A stretch of DNA of 64,000 bases. It comes from Pseudomonadota bacterium (GTDB taxonomy: Bacteria > Desulfobacterota > Desulfobacteria > Desulfobacterales > RPRI01). A model generated the notes under the pieces. It saw nothing but the letters and a program-made list of their open reading frames with translations. It searched no databases and was not told the origin of the DNA. The DNA lies in NCBI GenBank assembly GCA_043825875.1, contig JBDRRF010000083.1:32001-96000 (forward strand), in the 5' to 3' direction. Below, piece after piece: positions 9,502 through 18,180 of the stretch; within the stretch, counting starts at the first letter, position 1; each line of letters opens with the position of its first letter. The position numbers and the translations under genes were made by a program.

Positions 9502-10011
9502 TTAATCAACTTCAAGATCTTGAACATCAAGCATATTTGTAAGCATATTCAAGCCATTGACAATATGTTCAACTTCCTGGGGTGTGAGTCTTTTTACCCC
9601 GTCGATTATTTTTTGCTGAATCGGGGAAGGAGCGTTTTTAGCCAATGTTTTTCCACTTTCTGTAAGCTGAACCGTTATAATTCTTCTGTCTTGGGATATC
9701 CTTTGCCTTTCCACCAAGTTTTTTTGTTCCAAGCGGTCGATAATACTTGTTACGGTGCTTGAATTAACCATGATTATTTTTGCAATTTGTGATGGCGGTA
9801 GAGGGCCATTCTCATAAAGAGCCAAAAGGCAGTTTACTTGTGCAGCACTTATATTATATTTTTTATTAATCTCTTTATTGTAAAGTTCCGCTCCCTGCAT
9901 AAGCCTTCGGATAGAATGAATTATATCTTTTTGTGAAGTTGTGGGATAAATATATTCCGTTTTGACTGAATTATTTTCAGACATTTGTTTGGGTTTCGTA
10001 TTTTTTGGCAT
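9502..10011 (-). CDS. MarR family regulator (EctR-like)
   Basis: STVTSIIDRLEQKNLVERQR..DRR winged helix; IRRLM and NAPSPIQ motifs as in EctR-type MarRs. Confidence 0.9.
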   Translation of the reverse strand: MPKNTKPKQMSENNSVKTEYIYPTTSQKDIIHSIRRLMQGAELYNKEINKKYNISAAQVNCLLALYENGPLPPSQIAKIIMVNSSTVTSIIDRLEQKNLVERQRISQDRRIITVQLTESGKTLAKNAPSPIQQKIIDGVKRLTPQEVEHIVNGLNMLTNMLDVQDLEVD

Positions 10012-10342
10012 TAGTGATTATTGCCATAAGGCAATTCCTGCTCTTTAGGTAATATTGTTTATTGTATTTGCCTGATCCTAATTAAAGACTGACATTTAAT
10101 TTGCATAAAAAAACCGCGTTTTTCTCGCGGCCTGTTATGAAATTATTACAAGAAAAAATATTATACCCCAAATTTAATAATTCAAAAAAACTACCGTTTA
10201 TTTTTCGTATGTATGTTTATATTTGCAATAACGATTTGAATTCTATGGTAAATATTTTCTATTAGTTTTAGATTATAGAAAGATCGATTTTGTGTGTCAA
10301 GATAAATAATGTAGTTAAAAATATTCTTTTCTTGCAGATATA

Positions 10343-10969
10343 TTATTTCCCAAGCCGCCTGTCTGCTATATAACTATCAACAATTTCTGCCAGTTTGTCT
10401 TCATATCCTAAGAAAAAATGATCCGCTCCATCAATAACCTTTATATCAGCCGTGCCGTTTAAAATTGATACAAACTTTTCAACCAGTTCCGGTGGCGCAA
10501 ATCCATCTTCGCTTCCCGTTACTGCAAGCATTAAATGATTAATTTTTAAACCAGTTTCAAATTTCATCATAGCCACAGGCGGTGATACCATAATGGATGT
10601 ATTCACTGCAATTTTATCTTTAATTTGAGCATTAACCCATGTTCCAAAAGAATAGCCACAAAGATCAATTTGTTCCACACCCATTTTTTTAAAGAACTTA
10701 TATGCAGCAACAACATCTTTTTGTTCTCCGATGCCATCTTCATAGGCACCGCTACTATCACCTACTCCCCTGAAATTAAATCTTAATGTTGCGTATCCTT
10801 TTTTTTGATATACGGATTGTATTGCTTCAACAACATTATTATACATATTACCGCCATAAAGCGGGTGCGGATGTGTGATAACAACGCCATGCTTTTTTAT
10901 TCCGGGATCAAACATTCCTTCTATATTAATTTTATCTTCGGTATTAAATTCAATTTTTTCTTCAGACAT
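10343..10969 (-). CDS. Alpha/beta hydrolase (COG2945-like)
   Basis: HPHPLYGGNM, RFNFRGVG, GYSFG nucleophile elbow, ADHFF. Start placed at ATG 10969 (MSEEK) because the upstream track start lies inside a MITE. Confidence 0.9.
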   Translation of the reverse strand: MSEEKIEFNTEDKINIEGMFDPGIKKHGVVITHPHPLYGGNMYNNVVEAIQSVYQKKGYATLRFNFRGVGDSSGAYEDGIGEQKDVVAAYKFFKKMGVEQIDLCGYSFGTWVNAQIKDKIAVNTSIMVSPPVAMMKFETGLKINHLMLAVTGSEDGFAPPELVEKFVSILNGTADIKVIDGADHFFLGYEDKLAEIVDSYIADRRLGK

Positions 10970-10971
10970 AA

Positions 10972-11113
10972 GAGCCCCTTTCAAAACGTTTCAGTTTGGT
11001 CAAGCTCAAGGCGGGAGAAAATTTCAACCACAGGAATACATTGAGTATTTCGAGGATTGAAATTTGAGCCCAACGCAGAGATCGGCCAAAATGGGGCGTT
11101 TTGAAACTGGCTC
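10972..11113. mobile_element. ~142-bp MITE-like element with terminal inverted repeats
   Basis: Ends GAGCCcctTTCAAAACG and CGTTTTGAAactGGCTC; internal AATAC-ATTGA-GTATT palindrome. The right half recurs at 63298-63354. Confidence 0.8.
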
Positions 11114-11117
11114 ATAA

Positions 11118-12218
11118 TTATTCCCGTTTTTTATCGGTAACACAATATAAACCTTTTCCTATCAGAGCCGGGCGGAAGCACTTATTATCCGAAATACAAG
11201 CGGATTTTGCAATATCTCCGGATTTCCACCGGTTAATAAGATCAGGTTCTCTGATTAAAGGACGACACATCGATATATAATCCACAGCACCTTCAGTAAT
11301 TATTTTATCAGCCATCTGATAAGAACGGTTTCCTCCCACAAGAATAAGGGGAACTGATATTTTTTCTCTGAAAGCTTTTGCCTCATTCAAAAAATATGCT
11401 TCCTTTTCTTCAGAATTTATTCCTTTGCGACTTGGGCTAAGCTTATCGCCGGTCAAAACTCCTCCGCTAAGCTCTATTGCATCTATACCTTCGGATTCCA
11501 GCATTTTTCCAATTTTAAGTGAATCTTTAAGCTCAAGGCCATTTTCTATAAAATCAGCCACATTGATTTTCACCATTACAGGATAATCCGGCCCTACAAC
11601 ACTTCTTACAGATTTGAGCACATCTATTAAAATTCTTGATCTGTTTTCAATACTGCCTCCGTATTCATCGATTCGACTATTAAAAGCAGGCGATAAAAAC
11701 TGACTTAACAGATATCCGTGAGCAGCATGAATCTGAACACCGTCAAAACCTGCTTTCTTTGCTCTATTAGCAGCTTCGGCAAAATCTGTTATAATTTGTT
11801 TTATGTCCGATACGGAAACAACCCTATGAGGAACTTTAGAAGAATTCCCCATATCTGAAGCAGCGAGAGCAGAAACTTTGGTTAAATCCGTTCTGGCAAA
11901 AAATCCCGCATGAGCAATCTGTAACACAATTTTACCACCGTTTTTATGCACCGCATCAGCCATATCAGTAAGGCCGGGTAGTAAATCGTCACTATATGCG
12001 CCAAGCTGAAACAAGCTTGCCTGCCCTACCCTTTGAACATATGCATGACCGGAGATAATCAGTCCGACACCTCCTTTTGCAAGATCAACCATGCAATCTA
12101 TAAGCATAGGTGTAACACTGCCATCATCATTTGCCATACCTTCCCAGGTGGCGGAACGTACAAACCTGTTTGCCAAAGTCATTCCATTAATTTGCGTTTC
12201 TTCAAAAAGCTTAGTCAT
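11118..12218 (-). CDS. NADH:flavin oxidoreductase (Old Yellow Enzyme family)
   Basis: NRFVRSATWE, QIAHAG, GFDGVQIHAAHGYLLSQFLSP, RxDEYGGSIENR. Confidence 0.92.
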   Translation of the reverse strand: MTKLFEETQINGMTLANRFVRSATWEGMANDDGSVTPMLIDCMVDLAKGGVGLIISGHAYVQRVGQASLFQLGAYSDDLLPGLTDMADAVHKNGGKIVLQIAHAGFFARTDLTKVSALAASDMGNSSKVPHRVVSVSDIKQIITDFAEAANRAKKAGFDGVQIHAAHGYLLSQFLSPAFNSRIDEYGGSIENRSRILIDVLKSVRSVVGPDYPVMVKINVADFIENGLELKDSLKIGKMLESEGIDAIELSGGVLTGDKLSPSRKGINSEEKEAYFLNEAKAFREKISVPLILVGGNRSYQMADKIITEGAVDYISMCRPLIREPDLINRWKSGDIAKSACISDNKCFRPALIGKGLYCVTDKKRE

Positions 12219-12237
12219 TGCTTCCTCTCATTGCTTT

Positions 12238-12322
12238 AAGGGTTCAAGGATTCCAGGGGTCAAGGGTTCAAGTGAAATGATATTTTCATCTATCTCTTGA
12301 ACCCTTGAATCCTTGAATCCTT
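12238..12322. repeat. Intergenic 8-mer tandem repeats arranged as an inverted pair
   Basis: (GGTTCAAG/GATTCCAG/GGGTCAAG/GGTTCAAG), a spacer, then complementary (CTTGAACC/CTTGAATC/CTTGAATC). Confidence 0.8.
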
Positions 12323-12359
12323 TTACCTAAAATAAAATTAAAATCGGGTTTCAGATGTA

Positions 12360-13331
12360 CTATATAAATTTATTCCCAATATCTTTAACTATTTCTTCTG
12401 CCTGCTTCATGATACGATCCAACAGTTCTTTGCATGTCGGAATATCACGTATAAATCCCATGCTTTGACCTGCCGCAAGAGTTCCTTTTTCAATATCACC
12501 GCATTTTTGCATTTCTTTTCCTACAAGGCCTGAAACATATGGAACAATATCTTCAATACGCATATTGCCCCGGTTTTCTATTTCAAGAACCTTATCTGCC
12601 GCAATATTATGAATAACCCTTTCGGTATTTCGCATAGAACGCATGATAAGGCGTGTATCAAGCTCGCTGTGATTTATCAAAGCCTGTTTTATATTTTCAT
12701 GTACCGGAGCTTCTTTTGTTGCAACAAAGCGCGTACCCATGTTGATACCGTCAGCGCCAAGCGCAAGTGCTGCTATAAGACCGCGGCCATCTGCAAAGCC
12801 ACCGGATGCAATGATTGGAATGCTTATAGCATCTCTTGTAAGCGGTATAAGAATCAATGAAGTAACATCATCTTCTCCGGGATGTCCGGCCGCCTCAAAG
12901 CCGTCTATACTTATAACATCACAACCGATTTTTTCCGCCTTTACAGCATGTCTTACGGAAGTACACTTATGAACAACTTTGATGCCACCTGACTTTATCT
13001 GATCCATATATTTTTCCGGATTTTGCCCGGCGGTTTCTATAAACTTTACACCTTCTTCAATACATACTTTAATATATGCAGGATAGTCCGGCGGGCGCAA
13101 TGTTGGCAAAAAAGTTAAATTAATTCCAAAGGGTTTTTCTGTCATTTTACAGCATCTTTTAATTTCTTCTCTTAAGCTTTCGGCATCAGGAAAAGCAAGA
13201 GCCGCCATAAATCCGATTCCTCCGGCATTAGCAACAGCAGATGCAAGTTCTGCACCTGCTATCCACATCATTCCGCCCTGGACAATTGGTCGTTTAATAC
13301 CAAACAATTCGGTTATTCTTGTTTTTATCAT
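12360..13331 (-). CDS. Nitronate monooxygenase / FabK-like flavoprotein
   Basis: PIVQGGM, DGFEAAGHPG, IASGGFADGRG, MGTRF. Confidence 0.9.
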   Translation of the reverse strand: MIKTRITELFGIKRPIVQGGMMWIAGAELASAVANAGGIGFMAALAFPDAESLREEIKRCCKMTEKPFGINLTFLPTLRPPDYPAYIKVCIEEGVKFIETAGQNPEKYMDQIKSGGIKVVHKCTSVRHAVKAEKIGCDVISIDGFEAAGHPGEDDVTSLILIPLTRDAISIPIIASGGFADGRGLIAALALGADGINMGTRFVATKEAPVHENIKQALINHSELDTRLIMRSMRNTERVIHNIAADKVLEIENRGNMRIEDIVPYVSGLVGKEMQKCGDIEKGTLAAGQSMGFIRDIPTCKELLDRIMKQAEEIVKDIGNKFI

Positions 13332-13564
13332 AATTGTTCCCCTGTTATTTGTACACTCGGCAAAGATATACTACACGTATGAACCAGACAGTTTATAAAA
13401 TTGTAGAAAAAAATCTATATAGATAATTATTGTATGTCAATATTCAAGTATGAGATGTATGAGATGTTCTGTAATGAAATTACAAAATAATTAAAGTGAC
13501 AGAAACTCTTTTTTATATTAAGAATGAAAATATCTTATGTAATTTAAAATTAAGGAGCAAAAAA

Positions 13565-13837
13565 ATGTCTCATGACCATAGCCATAATCACGATAACCAC
13601 CACCATCATAGCCATGATTCATCTTCGGAATTATCTTTTGATGAAAAAATGGTAAAATTATTGGAACACTGGATTAAACATAACACCGATCACAGTAAAA
13701 CATACAAGGATTGGGCTAAAAAAGTAAAAGAAAATGATATGGATAAAGTTGACCTGTTACTTAATGAAGCAGCAGATATGACCTTGAAATTAAATGCTAT
13801 ATTTGAAGAAGCATTAAAGGTGATAAAAACTAAATAA
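13565..13837 (+). CDS. Small His-rich protein, possible metal (Ni/Co) binding
   Basis: AAGGAG RBS, then MSHDHSHNHDNHHHHSHD and LLEHWIKHNTDH..Y..WA. Confidence 0.7.
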   Translation: MSHDHSHNHDNHHHHSHDSSSELSFDEKMVKLLEHWIKHNTDHSKTYKDWAKKVKENDMDKVDLLLNEAADMTLKLNAIFEEALKVIKTK

Positions 13838-13915
13838 TAAAACTGTCTCAAAAGAAACAAGGTTAAATTATTGAGAGTCAGGAGTGCGTATTAAAGTACT
13901 TAATGATCCTTAAGC

Positions 13916-14479
13916 CTATACTTTAAAAAGCCTCCAGAAGTGAATAAAATAATCTAAACCCGACCATACAGTCATAACAAGCGCTCCCCAAAGAAAGACC
14001 ATTCCAATTGCATGAAAATTGATCCCCAGATATGGGTAGTGCATTAAAAGAGGAATAATTGCTGCAATCTGAAAGCCGGTTTTATATTTTCCCAGGTTTG
14101 AGGCAGCTACATCCTGACCGTTTTCGGCAATAATACTTCTTAAACCGGTTACTGCCAGCTCGCGCCCAATGATAATACAGACAATCCAGGCAGGTATCCA
14201 GCCTAAAGAAGTCATCATAATACAGGAGCATGACACAAGGAGCTTATCGGCAAGAGGGTCCATGAATTTACCTATATTTGAAACAAGCCCCCACCGCCTG
14301 GCCAGATAGCCGTCTAAATAGTCGGTAATAGCTGCGGCACTGAATATCAATGCCGCAGTTAAAGTAAAATATTTATTTGGAAAAAACAGAAACATGACAA
14401 TTGCAGGAATTGCAGCCATTCTATATATTGTCAAGCTGTTCGGATGCTTCAATATATATAAAAGTCTGCTGTTTGTCAT
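13916..14479 (-). CDS. pgsA: CDP-diacylglycerol--glycerol-3-phosphate 3-phosphatidyltransferase
   Basis: PNSLTIYR, TDYLDGYLAR, GKFMDPLADK, RELAVTGLR. Confidence 0.93.
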   Translation of the reverse strand: MTNSRLLYILKHPNSLTIYRMAAIPAIVMFLFFPNKYFTLTAALIFSAAAITDYLDGYLARRWGLVSNIGKFMDPLADKLLVSCSCIMMTSLGWIPAWIVCIIIGRELAVTGLRSIIAENGQDVAASNLGKYKTGFQIAAIIPLLMHYPYLGINFHAIGMVFLWGALVMTVWSGLDYFIHFWRLFKV

Positions 14480-14496
14480 GCTATTATCCTAAAGTA

Positions 14497-15150
14497 TTAT
14501 TTTTTTGTTTTTTTCGATTTCTTCCAGTCATCCATAAAAGCCTTTATACCCTTATCTGTAAGGGGATGGGAAGCAAGCTTTGCCAGAACGTTAAAAGGAA
14601 TAGTAGCAATGTCAGCTCCAAGCAAAGCAGATTCAAGAACATGAAGCGGATCACGAACGCTAGCCACAATAATTTCCGTTTCATAGGCATAATTATCGTA
14701 TATATCTACAATCTGCTCCACCAAAAGAAGACCGTCATGTGAAATATCATCAAGGCGTCCTACAAAAGGGCTCACATAAGTCGCACCGGCTTTTGCAGCC
14801 ATTAGAGCCTGGAGAGGTGAAAATATCAAAGTAACGTTTGTTTTTATTCCTTTGTTCGTAAGCGTCCTTGTAGCCTTAAGGCCGTCAACCGTCATCGGAA
14901 TCTTTACAACCACATTGCTATGAATTAAAGATAGCTCTTTAGCTTCTTTTACCATTCCTTTTGCATCAAGGCTTATAACCTCAGCACTTATCGGCCCGTC
15001 AATGATCTTGCAGATATCTTTTATAACATCTTCTAAAACACGTCCCTCTTTGGCAATGAGAGACGGATTGGTTGTAACTCCATCAACCATACCCATACTG
15101 TTTGCTTCTTTTATTTCATTAATATTTGCTGTATCAATGAAAAATTTCAT
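14497..15150 (-). CDS. tal: Transaldolase (small TalC/FSA family)
   Basis: [23 protein letters not shown] (Schiff-base Lys), YVSPFVGR. Confidence 0.92.
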   Translation of the reverse strand: MKFFIDTANINEIKEANSMGMVDGVTTNPSLIAKEGRVLEDVIKDICKIIDGPISAEVISLDAKGMVKEAKELSLIHSNVVVKIPMTVDGLKATRTLTNKGIKTNVTLIFSPLQALMAAKAGATYVSPFVGRLDDISHDGLLLVEQIVDIYDNYAYETEIIVASVRDPLHVLESALLGADIATIPFNVLAKLASHPLTDKGIKAFMDDWKKSKKTKK

Positions 15151-15181
15151 AATAAATCCTCCTTAGGCAACGCTTGATATG

Positions 15182-15454
15182 TCATTTATTTGAATTTTGC
15201 TTAATAAATTTATCTCTGCACTCAGTACTGCAAAAGTACATTTCCTTGCCGCTATAATTTAAATAAATACCTTCTTTTTTAGGAAAATATACTTCACATA
15301 CCGGGTCTTTTATCATTAAATTATCCGAAAGCTTATCCGCTGCATCAGATTTACTGTCAGTTTTCCTGTCTGAAGATGCAGAAGGAGTCATCAAATACTT
15401 AAAAAACTTATAGCCACAAAAAAACAGTAAAATATATATTATTAATTTACTCAT
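15182..15454 (-). CDS. YHS/TRASH domain membrane-anchored protein
   Basis: N-terminal hydrophobic helix; KDPVC...YFCSTECRDKF. Confidence 0.8.
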   Translation of the reverse strand: MSKLIIYILLFFCGYKFFKYLMTPSASSDRKTDSKSDAADKLSDNLMIKDPVCEVYFPKKEGIYLNYSGKEMYFCSTECRDKFIKQNSNK

Positions 15455-15480
15455 ATATTTAACCAGTCAGATAGAAAAAA

Positions 15481-15975
15481 TTACAATTTAATTATCTTCT
15501 GCTCACTATCATCAAGACTGTCCAGCAGATGTTTAATATCTTTTTTAAAAACAGGATGAATAATGGATGAATCTATATCACAAAGAGGTTTTAAAACAAA
15601 CAGCCTGTTATGCATCCTGGGATGCGGTATTGTAATGTCCGGTAAATTAAAAACCAAATCATCATACAATATAATATCAAGATCAAGAATACGCGGACCA
15701 AAGCGCACTTTGTCTTTTCCACGCCCTGCTTTTTTCTGAACAGAAAGCATCTTTTTTAAAAGTTCAGAAGGCTTAAGATCAGTTTCAATCTTTACTACTG
15801 CATTTATAAACCAGTCCTGATCCTTATAATCAACAGGAGAAGTTTTATAAAAATGTGACCATGCGGAAATAGTGACATATCCCGAATCAGCCAGCGCTTC
15901 TACACCTTGTTTACAATTTAAAAGCTTGTCTCCGATGTTGGACCCTACAGAAATATACGCAGTATGTTTTTTCAC
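15481..15975 (-). CDS. folK: 2-amino-4-hydroxy-6-hydroxymethyldihydropteridine diphosphokinase
   Basis: YISVGSNIG, FINAV, GPRILDLDI, IPHPRMHNRLFVL. Confidence 0.95.
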   Translation of the reverse strand: MKKHTAYISVGSNIGDKLLNCKQGVEALADSGYVTISAWSHFYKTSPVDYKDQDWFINAVVKIETDLKPSELLKKMLSVQKKAGRGKDKVRFGPRILDLDIILYDDLVFNLPDITIPHPRMHNRLFVLKPLCDIDSSIIHPVFKKDIKHLLDSLDDSEQKIIKL

Positions 15976-16001
15976 ATTAATAATACCGGCTAACCTGCGA
16001 A

Positions 16002-17171
16002 TTAAAACTCAAGAGATCTGATTCTTTCAACTACTTCTTTCATTCTCTCTTGTCCAACGGTAAGAGCCATGCGGATATAACCTTCTCCGGCAGACCCGAA
16101 CCCATTGCCCGGAGTTACTACTATACCTGTTTTTGATAAAAGAAGGCTTGTAAACTGTGCTGATGTATAACCTTTCGGAACATCAACCCACACATAAAAA
16201 GTAGCTTGCGGCTTTTTAACCGAAAGCCCAAGGCCAGTTAGGCCATCAACTAAAATATCACGGCGTTTTGTATATTCAATGTTCATTTCTTCGACACAGG
16301 ACTGATCCCCGTCAAGAGCGGCAATACCTGCAAGCTGGACGGCCTGAAATGCACCCGAATCGATATTGCTTTTTATCTGCCCCAGCCCGTCGATGACTTC
16401 CGCTCTACCCACAGCACAACCCAAACGCCATCCTGTCATATTATAAGTTTTGGAAAGCGAATGAAATTCAATACCAACTTCTTTAGCACCATCTGTTTCA
16501 AGAAAACTGGGTGGTTTATAACCGTCAAACGCCATTTCGGTATAAGCCGCATCATGGCATACTATTATGTTGTTTTTCTCAGCATACTGCACAACTCGTT
16601 TGAAAAATTCATCTGTTGCAACTGCTGAAGTCGGATTATTAGGGTAATTTATAAACATGAGTTTTGCTTTTTTTGCTATATCGTCAGGAATGGCATCAAG
16701 ATCGGGAAGAAAATCGTTTTCTTTCTTTAAATCCATAAGATAAGGATGACCTCCTGCGAATTGCACAGCTATATTGGGCACAGGATAACCCGGACTAGCT
16801 ACGAGCGCTACATCTCCATGATTAATAAAGGCTAAAGGAATATGCGCAATCCCTTCTTTAGATCCAATGAGAGTCACTACTTCTTTGGCAGGATCAAGAG
16901 ATACATTAAATCTTTTTTTATACCATCTGGAAACGGCATTATTAAATTCGTACATTCCTGTATATGAGGGATACTGATGATTTTTTGGATCCAAAGCAGC
17001 TTTGTGTAAAGCTTCAATTATATGAGGAGGTGTGGGCATGTCCGGATCTCCGACACCAAGGCTTATTATATCCACACCACGTTTTTTGACTTCATCTTTT
17101 TGTCTGTCAATTTCCTTAAACAAATAAGGAGGAAGGCTTTTTAATCTTTCAGATTTTTCGATTGTAATCAT
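16002..17171 (-). CDS. dapL: LL-diaminopimelate aminotransferase
   Basis: LPPYLF, LIGSKEG, NYPNNPT, HDAAY, SLSKTYNMTGWR; lies next to dapF and lysA. Confidence 0.85.
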   Translation of the reverse strand: MITIEKSERLKSLPPYLFKEIDRQKDEVKKRGVDIISLGVGDPDMPTPPHIIEALHKAALDPKNHQYPSYTGMYEFNNAVSRWYKKRFNVSLDPAKEVVTLIGSKEGIAHIPLAFINHGDVALVASPGYPVPNIAVQFAGGHPYLMDLKKENDFLPDLDAIPDDIAKKAKLMFINYPNNPTSAVATDEFFKRVVQYAEKNNIIVCHDAAYTEMAFDGYKPPSFLETDGAKEVGIEFHSLSKTYNMTGWRLGCAVGRAEVIDGLGQIKSNIDSGAFQAVQLAGIAALDGDQSCVEEMNIEYTKRRDILVDGLTGLGLSVKKPQATFYVWVDVPKGYTSAQFTSLLLSKTGIVVTPGNGFGSAGEGYIRMALTVGQERMKEVVERIRSLEF

Positions 17172-17202
17172 TATATTTTAATTCATCCCTTAAATAAAAA
17201 AG

Positions 17203-18030
17203 TTAGTATTGCCAGGCATCTTTTCCCAGCTCTCCTTTGTATATGACCCTGGCATCACCTTCAAGATAAATATCATAAAATCTTCCATTATCCTGTTTGT
17301 AATGAATAGTAAGAACCCCTTTACTTCTTGTTATTACATTCACCGGAGATTCAATCTTATTTTTATACGCAACAACAAGTGCTGATGCAATTGAACCTGT
17401 GCCGCAGGCAAGAGTTTCATCTTCAACGCCTCTTTCATACGTTCTTATATATATTGTCTTGTCTTTTATCCCGGATATAAAATTCACATTTGTTCCGGCA
17501 GGAGCATAGTTTTCATGAAACCTTATCTCCCTGCCGATATTGACAACATCAATATTTTCCAGATCATCTGCTATTATAACTACATGAGGAACACCTGTAT
17601 TTAAGCTTGAAACCGTAATCGGGCCGTCTTTAAGCTGAATCTGATAATCATATTTACAAACGGAAGGCTCCATCATGTTTACTTTTACCCTGCCGTCAAG
17701 TACCCTGGCATGAACAATACCGGCATCGGTTACAAAAGACATATCAGGGCCTGCAATCTTATTCATGTAAGCAAACCGTGCCGCACATCTTGCACCGTTT
17801 CCGCACATCTCCGCTCTGCTGCCATCCGAATTAAAAAATTGCCATTTAAAATCAGCCGAATCATCATTTTCAATCAGTATAAAACCATCGGCACCCACAG
17901 ACATTCTTCGCGCACAAACCTTTGTTATAAATGACTTCAGATCTTTTACCTCAACCACATTGTTTCTGTTGTCAATTATAATAAAATCGTTGCCGCTTCC
18001 GCTCATCTTAAAGAAAGTAATATTTTCCAT
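17203..18030 (-). CDS. dapF: Diaminopimelate epimerase
   Basis: GSGNDF, NSDGSRAEMCGNG, GVPH, RTYERGVEDETLACGTG. Confidence 0.95.
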   Translation of the reverse strand: MENITFFKMSGSGNDFIIIDNRNNVVEVKDLKSFITKVCARRMSVGADGFILIENDDSADFKWQFFNSDGSRAEMCGNGARCAARFAYMNKIAGPDMSFVTDAGIVHARVLDGRVKVNMMEPSVCKYDYQIQLKDGPITVSSLNTGVPHVVIIADDLENIDVVNIGREIRFHENYAPAGTNVNFISGIKDKTIYIRTYERGVEDETLACGTGSIASALVVAYKNKIESPVNVITRSKGVLTIHYKQDNGRFYDIYLEGDARVIYKGELGKDAWQY

Positions 18031-18059
18031 ATCTTGCTCAAATAGTATTTCAGCTATTA

Positions 18060-18180
18060 AGACTTTCAGATAATGTTTTTGGCAAGGCCAGAAGGAGCCT
18101 CCCTGAGTAAAACGTACAGTTGGTACGTTGTCGAAGGGAGGCGACTGATAACGCAGTCCAAAAATTTTATCTGGAAGTCT
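18060..18180. mobile_element. 121-bp MITE with 14-bp TIRs and a TTA target-site duplication
   Basis: AGACTTTCAGATAA...TTATCTGGAAGTCT (13/14 inverted match). TTA on both sides (18057-18059, 18181-18183). Internal AACGTAC-AGTTG-GTACGTT hairpin. Confidence 0.8.
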
